Assembly (NCBI RefSeq): GCF_032191835.1
Contig: NC_083237.1
Span: forward strand, 48,918,001-48,982,000
DNA from: Heteronotia binoei
Lineage: Eukaryota
Length of the DNA stretch: 64,000 bases
Reading direction: 5' to 3'
The translations under genes were made by a program, and so were the position numbers. Under the pieces are notes generated by a model, which worked only from the letters and a program-made list of their open reading frames with translations, did not search any database and was not told the origin of the DNA. Positions 51,601-63,317 of this stretch are shown here, piece after piece; within the stretch, counting starts at the first letter, position 1, and each line of letters begins with the position of its first letter.

Positions 51601-53419
51601 TTCATTCTCCTGCATTTGAAGACCAGGCCATGTATGGTGCTCAAAGAAATGAGGGGCGGCAATCTACAGCACCTTCTGCACTCGTCTCTCTTGCTGCTAA
51701 GTTCACATTTTTACTAGCCCCTCCTCTACTTTTTTTTTTGCCTACAGACTGTGGCTCCTTCTCTAACCAGGCCTTGGTCCTTTTGTAGGAGAGATGTAAC
51801 CAGCCCTGCCTGCGGTGTCCTCTGCTTCCTTTTTATTATTACCTTCCCTCTTTCTTTTGGTCTAGCCAGTCCTGTTGGAACTTAAGCCATGGAAACTTCT
51901 TTTGTAAGCAAGAGGAAAGAAAAAATCTATATATCTAGCAAATGATTCTAGATTTGTTGGTGTCGTGTTGTTATCAAGTTCTGAAATGCAGTCCCTTCCG
52001 CCTCACACTCCTTGAAGCGAGAAGGGAAGTGTTGTTTTCCCCCACCCCTCTATGTAGTAAGATTTTGGAATAGGCGGATGTCTGAAGAGGAGCTCCATAG
52101 AAAGAAGAAGATATTGGATTTATATCCCGCCCTGTACTCTGAATCTCAGAGTCCTAGAGTAGCTTAAATCTCCTTTACCTTCCTTCCCTATAGCAGACAC
52201 CCTGTGAGGTAGGTGTGGCTGAGGGAGTTATCACAGCAGCTGCCCTTTCAAGGACAACTCCTTCGAGAGCCATGGCTAACGCAAGGCCATTCCAGCAGCT
52301 GCAAGTGGAAGAGTGGGGAATCAAACCCGGTTCTCCCAGATAAGAGTCCGCACAACTAACCACTACACCAAACTGGCTCTCAGAACGAACCCCAGAACTA
52401 ACTACTATGAGGTTGGATGTGACTCAGGGACAGAGAGATGCAGAAGGGCCCAGGTTCAAACCCCGACACATCTCTAGTGAAAAGGAGCAGGTAACAGGTG
52501 AGGAGCAGTGCCTCTCCATGAGATGAAGGAGAGCTGCTGGCAGTCAGAGAAGGCAATAGCACCTTTCATAAAACAAGTCCTGTATCAGTACAAGGCAGTT
52601 TCATGTGCTCACGACCTTCTCCAAGCCAGCCAATAGGGCAGTGGGGGCTTCAAGAGCTACACAATATGTGTGAAAGAGCCACATGTGGCTCCCGAGCCAC
52701 AGCTTGGCCCGTTCTAAATGAAGCAACGCTCAACTTTAGATCATCTGTCCAACTCTGCGGCTTCCTGACCAAACCCCACCCCTCTTGTGTTTGCCATTCC
52801 TTTTAAGCATCCCAAGCAATGCAATTAGCACTATGAGCTGGAAGACCAGTGGAAAAGACCACACAAAGCCCTTCAGTGCTCTTTAAGGGTGTTTAATTGT
52901 CAAGTGAGAGGCTGGGCAGAATGGGGTTGTGGCCGATGCTTCAATAACTGCTTAAATACAGTAGAAGAAGAAGAAGAAGAAATTGGATTTATATCCTGCC
53001 CTCCACTCCGAAGAGTCTCAGAGCGGCTCACAATCTCCTTTACCTTCCTCCCCCACAACAGACACCCTGTGAGGTGGGTGGGGCTGGAGAGGGCTCTGAC
53101 AGCAGCTGCCCTTTCAAGGACAACCTCTGCCAGAGCTATGGCTAACCCAAGGCCATTCGTGCAGGTGGAGGAGTGGGGAATCAAACCCGGTTCTCCCAGA
53201 TAAGAGTCCGCACACGTAACCACTACACCAAACTGGCTCTCCGCTGTGGGGAGGGGGAGCCCAAATAATCACTAGGCTACAAGTCTTTCTATGGGAATAA
53301 TCAGAGACACTTGACCTACCTGTAACGCCCTTTATTATCAGGCTGGCTTACAGAGCGATGGGCAAACCTGGCTTAGGAGAGCAGCCACCACCCAACCAGG
53401 AACTCTCCTTCCTGCTTGC

Positions 53420-53889
53420 TAGGGTTGCCAATCCCCAGGTGGGGGCAGGGGATCCCCCAGTTTGGAGGCCCTCCCCCCACTTTAGGGTCATCAGAAAGGG
53501 GGGGAGGGAGGAAATGTCCGCTGGGCACTCCATTATTCCCTATGGAGACCGATTCCCATAAAATATAATTGAGAATTGATCTGCAGGTATCTGGGTCTTG
53601 GGGGGCTGTTATTTGAGGCAGGGGCACCAAATTTTCAGCATAGCATCCAAGGCCTCTCTTCAAAACGCCCTCCAAGTTTTTAAAAGATTGGACCAGGGGG
53701 TCCAATTCTATGAGCTCCCAAAGAAGGTGCCCCTATCCTCCATTATTTCCAACTCAGGGGAGGCATTTCAAAGGTGTGCGGTCCCTTTAGATGTGATGGC
53801 CAGAACTCCCCTTGGAGTTCAATTCTGCTTGTCACAACCTTGCTCCTGGCTCCACCCCCAAATTTCTTGAAGTGGACTTGGCAGCCCAA
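53420..53889. mobile_element. TAGGGTTGCCA-TIR hAT-type element; relatives at ~31839-32130, 36927-37620, 39684-40020, 40740-40873, 42230-42675, 44884-45100, ~51200-51400
   Basis: TIRs tagggttgcca / tggcagccc; TSD ctgcttgc/ctgctcgc. Confidence 0.75.
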
Positions 53890-53986
53890 CTGCTCGCGTC
53901 AATGTGCCTGTTGGCAAACGTAGAGCTTGACAAACTTAGAGCATATCCTTAGAGCGTGACAGCAGAAGCCCCTCCTCTCCAGTCTG

Positions 53987-54150
53987 TCAGTGCAGAGGCT
54001 CGACGTAGTTCCCTGGGAACAAGCCCTCGGCATCGCTGCTCACCCCCTGGCACCAGCCGTCCGAGTACCTCCGGGTCACATAAAGAACAGCCCCTTCTTC
54101 AAACGACAGTTCGTTCTCGTTCTGCCTCGTGTACGGGTAGAGGGTCACCA
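53987..54150 (-). CDS. ABI3: ABI3 last coding exon, SH3 domain (VTLYPYTRQNENELSFEEGAVLYVTRRYSDGWCQGVSSDAEGLFPGNYVEPLH*)
   Basis: Minus-strand acceptor ctgcag|TG; 164 nt; SH3 motifs ELSF, DGW, FPGNYV; not in the ORF track. Confidence 0.95.
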
Positions 54151-54550
54151 CTGCAGCCGAGGGGAAGAGCAGGAAGGGGGAGAGAAAGAGTCAGAGGAAG
54201 GGAAGAAGGGATAAAAAGCAACCTCACACCTTAAGATCCGGTTGCGAAAGGCTGCCCTTTGGTGAGTGTCCATGCAAACAGATTTAGATTTAACCAATGG
54301 AACTCATTGCTACAAACTTTAGAGAAGGGGAATGGCATAGAAGAAGAAGAGCTTGGATTTATACCCTGCCCCTCACTCAGAGTCTCAGAGCGGCTTATAA
54401 TTGGGGCCAGCCCTGCCACTAGGCAAACTAGGCAATTGTCTAGGGCACTGGCCTTCTGGGGGCACCGAATTGAGTGCCCCCCATGTGACTCAATGACGTT
54501 ATCAGTGCAGGGGGAGGGGCACCAGAAATTAGCCTTGCCTAGGATGCCAG

Positions 54551-54851
54551 AAAAGCCCCATGGCGCAGAGTGGTAAAGCTGCAGTACTGCAGTCCAAGCT
54601 CTCTGCTCGCGACCTGAGTTCGATCCTGGCGGAAGCTGGGTTCAGGTAGCCAACTCCAGGTTGACTCAGCCTTCCATCCTTCTGAGGTTAGTAAAATGAG
54701 TACCCAGTTTGCTGGGGGAGAAGTGTCGATGACTAGGGAGGCCAATGGCAAACCACCCCGTAAAAAGACTGCCGTGAAAACGTTGTGAAAGCAACATCAC
54801 CCCAGAGTCGGAAATGACTGGTGCTTGCACAGGGGACTACCTTTACCTTTA
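54551..54851 (+). mobile_element. Sauria SINE in the last ABI3 intron
   Basis: Same family as 45831-46124, opposite orientation, ends ctacctttaccttt. Confidence 0.8.
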
Positions 54852-54908
54852 GGATTCCAGACATTCTAGGACCAGGAGACGATTTCCAAGAAATGCCAGG
54901 GTCATGAT

Positions 54909-55104
54909 CAGTGTTCCCTCTAAGCTGAGTTAGCATGAGCTAGCTCACAGGTTTTTAGCCTCCAACTCACACATTTTTGTCTTCGCTCAGGGAGGATGAT
55001 CCCAGAGCACACTAATTTTATGCAGTAGCTCACAACTTTAATGTCAGTAGCTCACAAAGTAGAATTTTTGCTCACAAGACTCTGCAGCTTAGAGGGGACA
55101 TTGG
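54909..55104. mobile_element. CAGTGTTCCC-TIR hAT-type MITE, intact copy (another at 38629-39169, interrupted)
   Basis: TIRs cagtgttccctctaag / cttagaggggacattg; 8-bp TSD gtcatgat/gtcacgat; the second copy has gcctggat/gccaggat. Confidence 0.8.
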
Positions 55105-56282
55105 TCACGATGCAGAGGCAGGTGATAGCAAGCCATCTCTGAATGTCCCTTGAATTAAAGAAGTACAAGAAGTCAGCTTGGCTTGGTGGCAAAAAAAGAA
55201 AGAAACTGTGCAGGATCCATCTCCTAAACTGCATATACAGAGAAGAAATACAGCCAGCTAGAAGTGCAAGATTATGTTGTGCAGACACGGGGGCCAGGCT
55301 TCCATCAGGAACATAGATGGACATCTGACAGCACTGCTGATTCTGAGAACTTAGGCAGATCATGGGAGGAAGGGCTGCATCAGTGCTTAGTTCTTATGGT
55401 CCTTTCTTACACATCCAGGGAAATGCTGATGGCCACTTCAGGGTCAGGAAACAATTTTTCTCCAGGCCTGTTTGGCCAGGGATCATGGAGGTTTCTTTGG
55501 CCAGGGCACGGAGCAGGGGTCACTGGGGATGGGGTCAGGGAGCATTGTGCAGGGGGTTGAACTAGATGACCCTGGAGGCCCCTTCCGACTCTGTGATTCT
55601 ATGAACGGAGAAGAGAGTGCCCTACGGCAGGTACAGAAAGCCTTCGCCTCACCACTGGGTGGATAACTGCAACCCATTCTCCAATAGCTGGAATCAGGTG
55701 CAAGTTTTTGCACAGCAGAAGGAATGTCTCTGGGGACAGGCGGGCCATTTAACTTAACAGGAAAGTTTCCAGTAGGGTGTTGCCCTGGAGGCCCCTGACA
55801 GCCAGAAGCAAACCAAACTGAGCCCAAGCAGTGCTACAAGTGCCACAGGGAGCGCTGAATTCAGCCTGCCAAGGTAATGACAGGGCTTTTTTTGTAGCAG
55901 GAACTCCTTTGCATATTAGGCCACATCCCCCTGATGTAGTCAATCCACCTGGAGCTTACAGTAGGCCCTGTACTAAAAGCCCTGTAAGCTCTTGAAGGGG
56001 AGTGCAGCCTAACATGCAAAGGAGTTCCTAGTACAAAAAAAAAAGCCCTGGGTCATGCCACTGGGCAAGCAACCTTCCGCCCATTGTCGGTGCTGCTATT
56101 GGTCCAAGCTGAGGGACCTCTGAAAAGGCTTGCTCTACTTGCTGCTGAATCCTATAGGCCTCATAGATGGCATAGAGCTCCACCATCTTTCATTTTGGCA
56201 TTATGCCCACGGTCACCCTTGTGGCTTTTTCCAGTAGGCAGAAATAGTTAGACCCCCTTGGCAGTTTTTTTTAACAAGGTAC

Positions 56283-56417
56283 CTTTTTCTAGGTAGGTAT
56301 CTGGGGGCCATTGCAATTTTTCCAGGGGTGGTGGTGAAGGCAGGACCGGAGGCTCCAATAATTCGAGATCAGTAACATCCAGAGGTGGTGGCGGAGGGGA
56401 TGCTGGGAAATCCAGAT
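56283..56417 (-). CDS. ABI3: ABI3 penultimate exon (DLDFPASPPPPPLDVTDLELLEPPVLPSPPPLEKLQWPPDTYLEK)
   Basis: Acceptor ttgtttgcag|AT, donor G|gtacct; 135 nt, phase 1 to 1; W-x-P-x-x-YLEKV junction typical of ABI proteins. Confidence 0.92.
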
Positions 56418-57002
56418 CTGCAAACAAGTCAGTAATTTATTTATGTATGACACTTATATCCCACCCACCACCCACCCCTGCAAGCAGGCTTAGGACGGCT
56501 CCTGACAAGGAGACTTAGAACAGCGGAACACAATAAAAGACTTAGAACAGCGGAACAACAATCAAATGGAAAGCCCCATAATTTAAGATGGCAGAACAAA
56601 TTCACAAATTTCCCAGGAGTTGTTGCATGTATGCCCAATGGAACAGATATTTGGGGATCAGGCTGAACACCATTTGTAGATGGAATACGGAGTATGGGGT
56701 GAAGCAGGGGAAACACAGAACAACTGTATTTTGCAGGCCCTGCAGAACAGTTGATGCATGTTAAGTCGCTTCCAACTCATCGTGACCCTATGATTTAAGG
56801 CCCTCCAAAACAGAAGAAAATCAAGCTTAGGTACTTTTCCATATGTATTTTTCTGTCTTTTAAGTCATGGAAGAGAGACAGTTGAACAGGGCACTAGAGC
56901 ACCTAACCAGCCGTTAGACACTCTTCTCAAACTCCCCCTGACTTCTGAAATTTCACTAGATCATAAGGGTTCTTGTTGCAATGATGAGACCTAGAAATTT
57001 AG

Positions 57003-57282
57003 AAAAAGAAGAAGATATTGGATTTATATCCCGCCCTCCACTCCGAAGAGTCTCAGAGCGGCTCACAATCTCCTTTACCTTCCTCCCCCACAACAGACAC
57101 CCTGTGAGGTGGGTGGGGCTGGAGAGGGCTCTCACAGCAGCTGCCCTTTCAAGGACAACCTCTGCCAGAGCTATGGCTGACCCAAGGCCATTCCAGCAGG
57201 TGCAGGTGGAGGAGTGGGGAATCAAACCCGGTTCTCCCAGATAAGAGTCCGCACACTTAACCACTACACCAAACTGGCTCTC
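57003..57282 (-). mobile_element. Same SINE family, reverse copies: 41322-41566, 52099-52381, 52962-53241, 57003-57282, 61343-61616
   Basis: Reverse complement of the family consensus, ending ccactacaccaaactggctct. Confidence 0.85.
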
Positions 57283-57425
57283 CTTTTTGTCAATCTGAAG
57301 AATGAATGGAGCTTCCAGGATGCTGAATTCTGAAGCCAATACTGATTCCCATACTCATAGGTTGTGTTGTAAGTTCCATCTTGCCTGAGCTGCTTTTGAA
57401 TTCCATGTACTGACAAAGCCCTTAC

Positions 57426-57610
57426 CCAGTGCAGAGAGTGGAGGCAAATCATCCATCGCAAGAGGTGGCGGTGGCAATACATCTGCTTGTGGGGGAGGAG
57501 GAATGTCGTCTTCTTCCATTGGAGGAGGGAATGGGAATGGCAAAGGGGGCGGAGGAGGCGGTTCAGTAGGTGCCTTCAAACCGGAGTTGCCCATCACTTC
57601 GGTAGAACTG
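57426..57610 (-). CDS. ABI3: ABI3 proline-rich exon (SSTEVMGNSGLKAPTEPPPPPPLPFPFPPPMEEDDIPPPPQADVLPPPPLAMDDLPPLSAL)
   Basis: Tandem acceptor tgCAGCAG (exon start 57610 or 57607), donor G|gtaagg; phases fit both neighbouring exons. Confidence 0.88.
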
Positions 57611-59077
57611 CTGCAACAGTCACACGTGAACACATAGTAAGCTGATGCATACTGAATCAGACACTTGGTCCATCAAGGTTAGTATTGTCTACTCAGACTG
57701 GCAGCTGCTCTCCAGGGCCTCAGGCAGAGGTCTTTCTCATTGCCTACTGTCTGACTGGTATTAACTGGAGATGCCGGGGATTGAACCTAGGATCTCCAAG
57801 CCCCAGCCCCTCAACCACAGGCTGTATCTTACCACTCCACTAAGCAAAGTGGGATACCTTCCTCTCATTGCAGTGGCTCAATTCCCAACATATATGGGCT
57901 GCAAGAGCCATCTTCTATAGGCTTTGACCAAAGAGTGTGTATCTTTTCTAGAAGACCTGAACTGTTACTAGCCTCCACCCATCCCAGTCCCTGGAAGCTG
58001 GAGCAAAGTTGTACATGCAAGGAGGAAATAGGAAGGGGAACACTCCATTTAACAGGGCTAGAAGACTTCCTTGATAAGACTCAGGTCTAGGGCTTTTTTT
58101 TGTAGCAGGAACTCCTTTGCATATTAGGCCACACACCCCTGATGAAGCCAATCCTCCAAGAGCTTATAGGGCTCTCAGTAAAGGGCCTACTGTAAGCTCC
58201 AGGAGGACTGGCTACATCAGGGGTGTGTGGCCTGATATGCAAAGGAGATTCTGCTACAAAAAACCCCCTGCTCAGATCTGTATGTCTGTCATTCCTCACT
58301 GTGCAGATGAGGGGGGCGTGACTCCTTACATTATAAGAGGCAGTTCTTCCAGCCTAAGGAGCTGTCCTCCAGCACCACACTGTTCCATCGAAGAAGAGCC
58401 AGTTTGGTGTAGTGGTTAAGTATGCGGACTCTTATCTGGGAGAACAGGGTTTGATTCCCCACTCCTCCACTTGCACCTGCTGGAATGGCCTTGAGTCAGC
58501 CATAGCTCTGGCAGAGGTTCTCCTTGAAAGGGCAGCATCTGTGGGAGCTCTCTCAGCCCCACTCACCTCACAGGGTGTCTGTTGTGGGGGAGGAAGATAA
58601 TGGAGAATGTGAGCTGCTCATCATCATCAAGGAAGGGGCTCAGAAGCTGGAGGGAGGCTCCATAGCCTCAAGAAATTTTATCCAGCCCGCAATAGGATAC
58701 ATGTCCCCAGATGTGGGAAGACTGTGACATACATGCCTGGGACTTGGTCAGGAGAAGTAAAGGTGGGATTGAACTGTTCTTTGTGCCATCGCAAGAAGTA
58801 TTTTGTTCTTTCTGCTGTGATATGGGTTCTCCCCCATCCAGCACCATTATACTTTAATATACAGAATGCTTTCTACTTCTCGCTACTAGCAAAAACAGTT
58901 TGTGATGTTGATTCTGTCTCAAGCATGCTTCAAATTATCCTGACCCCGAGACTAAATTTTAGACTACTTCAGTCAAGAGCAGCCTGTTCTGTAGAGATTA
59001 AGCACTGAAGAATTTCCGAATCTATTCTTCTTCCTGCATTTCCATTCTCTCTGATGTTGTCTTCCCAGATACGGTAC

Positions 59078-59164
59078 CTCGGGGAGGACTCCAATGAAGC
59101 TGGTGGTAGTTTGGCATCTGGGATGACAGGGGACTGTATTGGCTCCAGGGTCCGGTGGCTTCTC
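59078..59164 (-). CDS. ABI3: ABI3 exon (RSHRTLEPIQSPVIPDAKLPPASLESSP)
   Basis: Acceptor ttttgggtttag|G, donor AG|gtaccg; 87 nt, phase 2 to 2; R-x-x-EP-x-x-x-PV motif of ABI proteins. Confidence 0.85.
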
Positions 59165-59965
59165 CTAAACCCAAAAGACAGGGATTATAACCCTGAGGTG
59201 CTTCTCCATAGGTGCCTCCGCATAGCCACCCTGGACTTAAGAATGTAAGAAGAGATCTGCTGGATCAAACCAAACGCCCATCTAGTCCAGCATTCTGCTC
59301 ACACAGTGGACAGCCAGCTACCTCTAGAACATAAGAGAAGCCATGTTGGATCAAGCCATTGGCCTGAGTATTGAATAGGACTGAAAATAGAGCACCCTGA
59401 TTTTAAAAATTTTGTAACCCAGTGCTTGACCCGTTGCTGGATTCAGAGCAGTCCACAGCATTCTCTCCTGTCACAATCCCCCATCCCGTTAATGGGATTC
59501 ATAATCTAAATTTCACTGCACTCTATGGAACCGACTCCCAAGTAGGTGTGCACAGGAGTGCATCCATAGATGTTTGTTTTAATAGAGGGCAATACACAAT
59601 TAAGCCTGAATAAATTGGTGTATGAAGAAGATTCCATTTTAAAAGGGGGGAAGCAAACTTTGTTCTTAGATTTTATAAAAGGGTTGGATCCAGACAGGTG
59701 GGTTTTTTTCCCACGCAACAGCAGTCATTGCCCCTCCTTATTACAACCCACATCCCATATGGCTTTTAGCCATGCAGGTCCCATGATACCAAGCATAGCC
59801 TTTCTGAATGGTCAACGGAGACCCTCTCCTTTTTCACCAGCAGGGGGGAAAAAGTTGGATCCAACGCTAGTAGGCACCTCCTTAGAAGAGGCATATCCTC
59901 CTGGTTAAGAGGAGTGCCTGTTTCAAGGCAAAAGTAATTAAATCAGGCAACATTAGAAAAAATAG

Positions 59966-60175
59966 GGCCCTGACATGGATAGCCCAGGCAAGCCTGATCT
60001 CATCAGATCCCAGAAGCTAAGGAGGGTCAACTCTGGCAAGTACTTGGATGGGAGATCTCCTGGAAATACCAGCAGTTGGGAGGGCAGGGGCAGGTTTTAT
60101 TCAGTCACCTCTCTGAATATCCTCCAGGCCCCCAGTAGGGGTCAGTCACCAGTGGTGGACATGACTTTCAGTTGC
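59966..60175 (+). mobile_element. 5S rRNA-derived SINE
   Basis: gcctgatctcatcagatcccagaagctaaggagggtcaactctggcaagtacttggatgggagatctcctggaaatacc matches roughly 5S nt 27-105 with many substitutions; the 5' end is not 5S. Confidence 0.7.
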
Positions 60176-60820
60176 ACACAGACACAACCCCCTCAAAAAA
60201 ATACCTCCCAAAATCCCCCAAAACAGGCACAGCTTTTTAAAATTGATCAAAACTTTTGCCATTGATTATACTAACCGATCCAATGCATACTGCAGTTCCA
60301 ATCAAAAAGGGTTTTATTTTACTCCTATCCTAGAGGAGGAACAACATGGCACAATTTTTGGTCCAAGGTAAACAATACAAGTTATTTGAGTCAAGTCGGT
60401 GTTTCCCCCACAGTCACAAATACATGGGGAAACTCATCTTAGAAAGTGCTCCACTGCTCGGTGCAGAGCCAAACACTGTGGGAGGGAGAGGCTTTATGCT
60501 CCCTTCCTACACCATTTTTGCCAGTAGAAATAGCTGTCAGGGATGGGCTCTGTTTGCCCCTTTCTTGGGCTCCACTTGTCCTCTGCCTGTTTGACTTAGG
60601 GAACATGGTACCCAAGCCAGGGGCAAACAAGGCTCCCCACAGCTCTTTCCACTGATCTCCAAGGGAGCCCCCCCCCCATATGCCCAGGTGATTGTGAGAC
60701 AAGCTGGGGCAGACCCACCCAACCCAACTCATATCACTTATAGTTGGGCTTTTGGCAGAACAATCAACTGTGCCAACATGCAAAAGGAGGCTCTGTCACC
60801 TCTAGATGACGCATCCTCAC

Positions 60821-60906
60821 CTGAGGCTTCCAGGAGACTGTCCTGCAGATGTTTTGGTTCCTCTCCTGGCTAGAGTCCCTGTTCTGGCCAGCTGTGTGCT
60901 TTGATC
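60821..60906 (-). CDS. ABI3: ABI3 exon (DQSTQLARTGTLARRGTKTSAGQSPGSL); upstream exons lie outside the window
   Basis: Acceptor tttttcctcacttag|GAT, donor AG|gtgagg; 86 nt; matches the ABI3 D-x-STQL-x-RTGTL-x-R motif. Confidence 0.9.
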
Positions 60907-62306
60907 CTAAGTGAGGAAAAAGAGGGAGAAGATGAAAAGTGTGCCTGAGCGAAAGAAAATCTAGTCTTTCCCCGCAGAGGATTCATGCACCATCAGCGGT
61001 TTCCCCAAAGAAGGCATTAATCATTCTGCTTTAAAAAGGATGGTTGCATGTGGTGGGGGGGGGAGGGCTGATTTGTGTATTATCTATTAACCAGCAATGA
61101 GGGCAGATTAAGGTGGGGCAGTGGAGGCCTGAGTAACTCTTGGGAGCTGATGGAGCTATAGATGGGCACAGCTACATACACAGCCACCTGCTCCAGAGGG
61201 GAGTGTGCATTGGCAAAGAGGGGAAGTGCTGCAGATAAGTATAACAATGTAGGTGCGTGTTGATCTGCTTTATCAGGTGGATCTCCTTTTCCTGGATCAG
61301 CACACCTCTCACTTGAAGAATCCACCCCCCCCCCCATTTCCCAGAAGAAGAAGACTGCAGATTTATACCCTGCCCTTCTCTCTGAATCAGAGTCTCAGAG
61401 CGGCTTACAATCTCCTATATCTCCTTCCCCCACAACAGACACCCTGTGAGGTGGGTGGGGCTGAGAGAGCTTTACAGCAGCTGCCCTTTCAAGGACAACT
61501 CCTGCGTGAGTTATGGCTGACCCAAGGCCACTCCAGCAGCTGCGAGTGGAGGAGTGGGGAATAAAACCTGGTTCTCCCAGATAAGAGTCCGTGCACTTAA
61601 CCACTACACCAAACTGGAAGGATGGAAATGCATGGAAGAGTGGGGAAGCAGAAACAATGAACAGTAGTAAGAAGTAAAGAAATGGGTCCTCTGTGTCCTA
61701 AATAATCCATAAGGACATTGATAGGTTCAGATGACCAGTTATAAAGAACCTGAAGGGGAGTGTTCCTCTGGAGAAGAGCAAGGAATTTTGGAGGACTCTA
61801 TAGTTCAATATGCTGAGTCCAAGTTACCCTTCCCCCCGGAGGGAGATTCCCCAGGTTTGATGGACTTCTGGTGGACATTTCCAGTTTGTAGCTCATCTCC
61901 AATCCTACAGTACTGCTGTCTCGTCAATGTTTCCAGATGCAGGAGGACCTAAGTTTAACCCTCCCCCTCCACCCAGTGGCAGCATGGTACCCATTAAGTT
62001 GCAACCATGTGACAGGAAATCATATAATATCAGAATTGCACGGCAGGAAGAGAGGGAGGCCATCGTTATGACCTCATCAGTGTCAAAGCCAGGCGATGGA
62101 CTGCAGACCAAGGTAACTGTGGAGCCAAAAAGGCAACCTGAGCATCAGGCGACGGTACCAGAGTGAGGAACTGCACCATGGAGAGGATTTCCCACCTCCA
62201 TAGAGTAACGACCTCACCTCACTGTCCTGCTGCTCCTCTCTCAGTGGGGGTACAAAGAGAAGCAGGAAGCACCAACAGCAGGACATTCCAAAAGAAATGG
62301 AATGCA

Positions 62307-62435
62307 CTCCCCGCACTGTACAGCTTCACTGTACTCCCCGCACTGTACAGCTTCACTGTACTCCCCACACTGTACAGCTTCACTGTACTCCCCGCACTGT
62401 ACAGCTTCACTGTACCCCCCACCACTGTACAGCTT
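62307..62435. repeat. 27-bp minisatellite, ~4.8 copies (ctccccgcactgtacagcttcactgta)
   Basis: Direct head-to-tail units starting at 62307, 62334, 62361, 62388 and 62415 (partial), with almost no divergence. Confidence 0.92.
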
Positions 62436-63044
62436 ACAGTTCTTGGGGGGGGCAGGGAACAGTTCCTCCCTCTTTTGCCAGCAGAACAGCTGGTAAGATC
62501 CAATCTTTAGTCTTCAAGGGCCCACAAGGCTCAATTTTTGGTCATAAGTAGTGAGATGCCACTGATGGAATCTATATAATAAGTTTACTGCTTGTCACAG
62601 TCTGAGCAAGTCATGCATTTCTTTTTATTCAGAGAGGTGTAATCAAATCTCATTTTGGGCAGGAGCTCACAGGAACGGAACCTCTAAATTTTATTGCGCT
62701 CTTTCTTTCTCCCCCCCCCCCTGCAAATACTTGCTTCTGGGCTCCGTTGTTGAAATCCCCTGTGAGAATTTTGCTGAACTCTAAGATTTGACAAACTTTC
62801 TAATATTTTTTCCCACAAAAAAAGGGAAAATAACCAAAACATATAAAGCAGACAGATGGAAATCTTCATCATGCCACTGTGGCCAAATAAAAAAAAAGAA
62901 ATTTTAAAAGTATGATGGGAGCAAGGTTTTATTATGACCATTATAATTCAAGAAGCATTTTAAGGTAGATGCTGAGCTGATAGAATTTAGTACACCTTCC
63001 GGTGATGTCAGGAGCGTGTGGCATATGCAAATGAGTTGTGCTAA

Positions 63045-63302
63045 TGTAACGTACTCGAAGCGGAGGCGAGAGTAGGGCAACATAGTTTATTAGGAGCACG
63101 TTGCAAGAGAGAGAACTCGCGGGCCGGGTCCCGCTTATGTACAATCTCCGGTACAACCTACTGGACAGGTCGGGCCAATCCTGACCTGTTAAACTTCCCG
63201 CCACAGCTGTTGATTGGTGGGGATTACGCGCCCCGCGCTGGAGGCGCCTGGGACGGCCCAGTCGCCTCTGCGCATGGCGCTTGTGGCTGCCGATACACTA
63301 CA
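63045..63302 (-). mobile_element. 3' LTR (258 bp) of the Gypsy element, preceded by a polypurine tract (63303-63315)
   Basis: TGTAG...TTACA termini on the minus strand, PPT ggggggggagggg immediately upstream, AATAAA inside (plus-strand tttatt at ~63087-63092). Confidence 0.88.
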
Positions 63303-63317
63303 CCCCTCCCCCCCCGG

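Noticed and set aside
52077-52400. Hammerhead split by a SINE (atgtCTGAAGAggagctcc...gaac)
   Set aside because: After removing the SINE there is no GAAA core or helix pairing that I can support.
52900-53223. Recurrent peptides such as CADSYLGEPGLIPHSSTC in many ORFs, suggesting a gene family
   Set aside because: They are translations of the same SINE at each copy.
55483-55827. Extra ABI3 exon in this minus-strand ORF
   Set aside because: No ABI similarity; the flanking exons 56283 and 54150 already join in frame (G+TG = Val in YLEKVVTLY).
59966-60080. 5S rRNA gene
   Set aside because: The 5' end is not 5S, there are many substitutions, there is no T-run terminator, and a SINE-like tail follows.
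62307-62435. Regularly spaced short repeats as a CRISPR array
   Set aside because: The units are directly adjacent with no unique spacers, in a vertebrate intron; it is a minisatellite.
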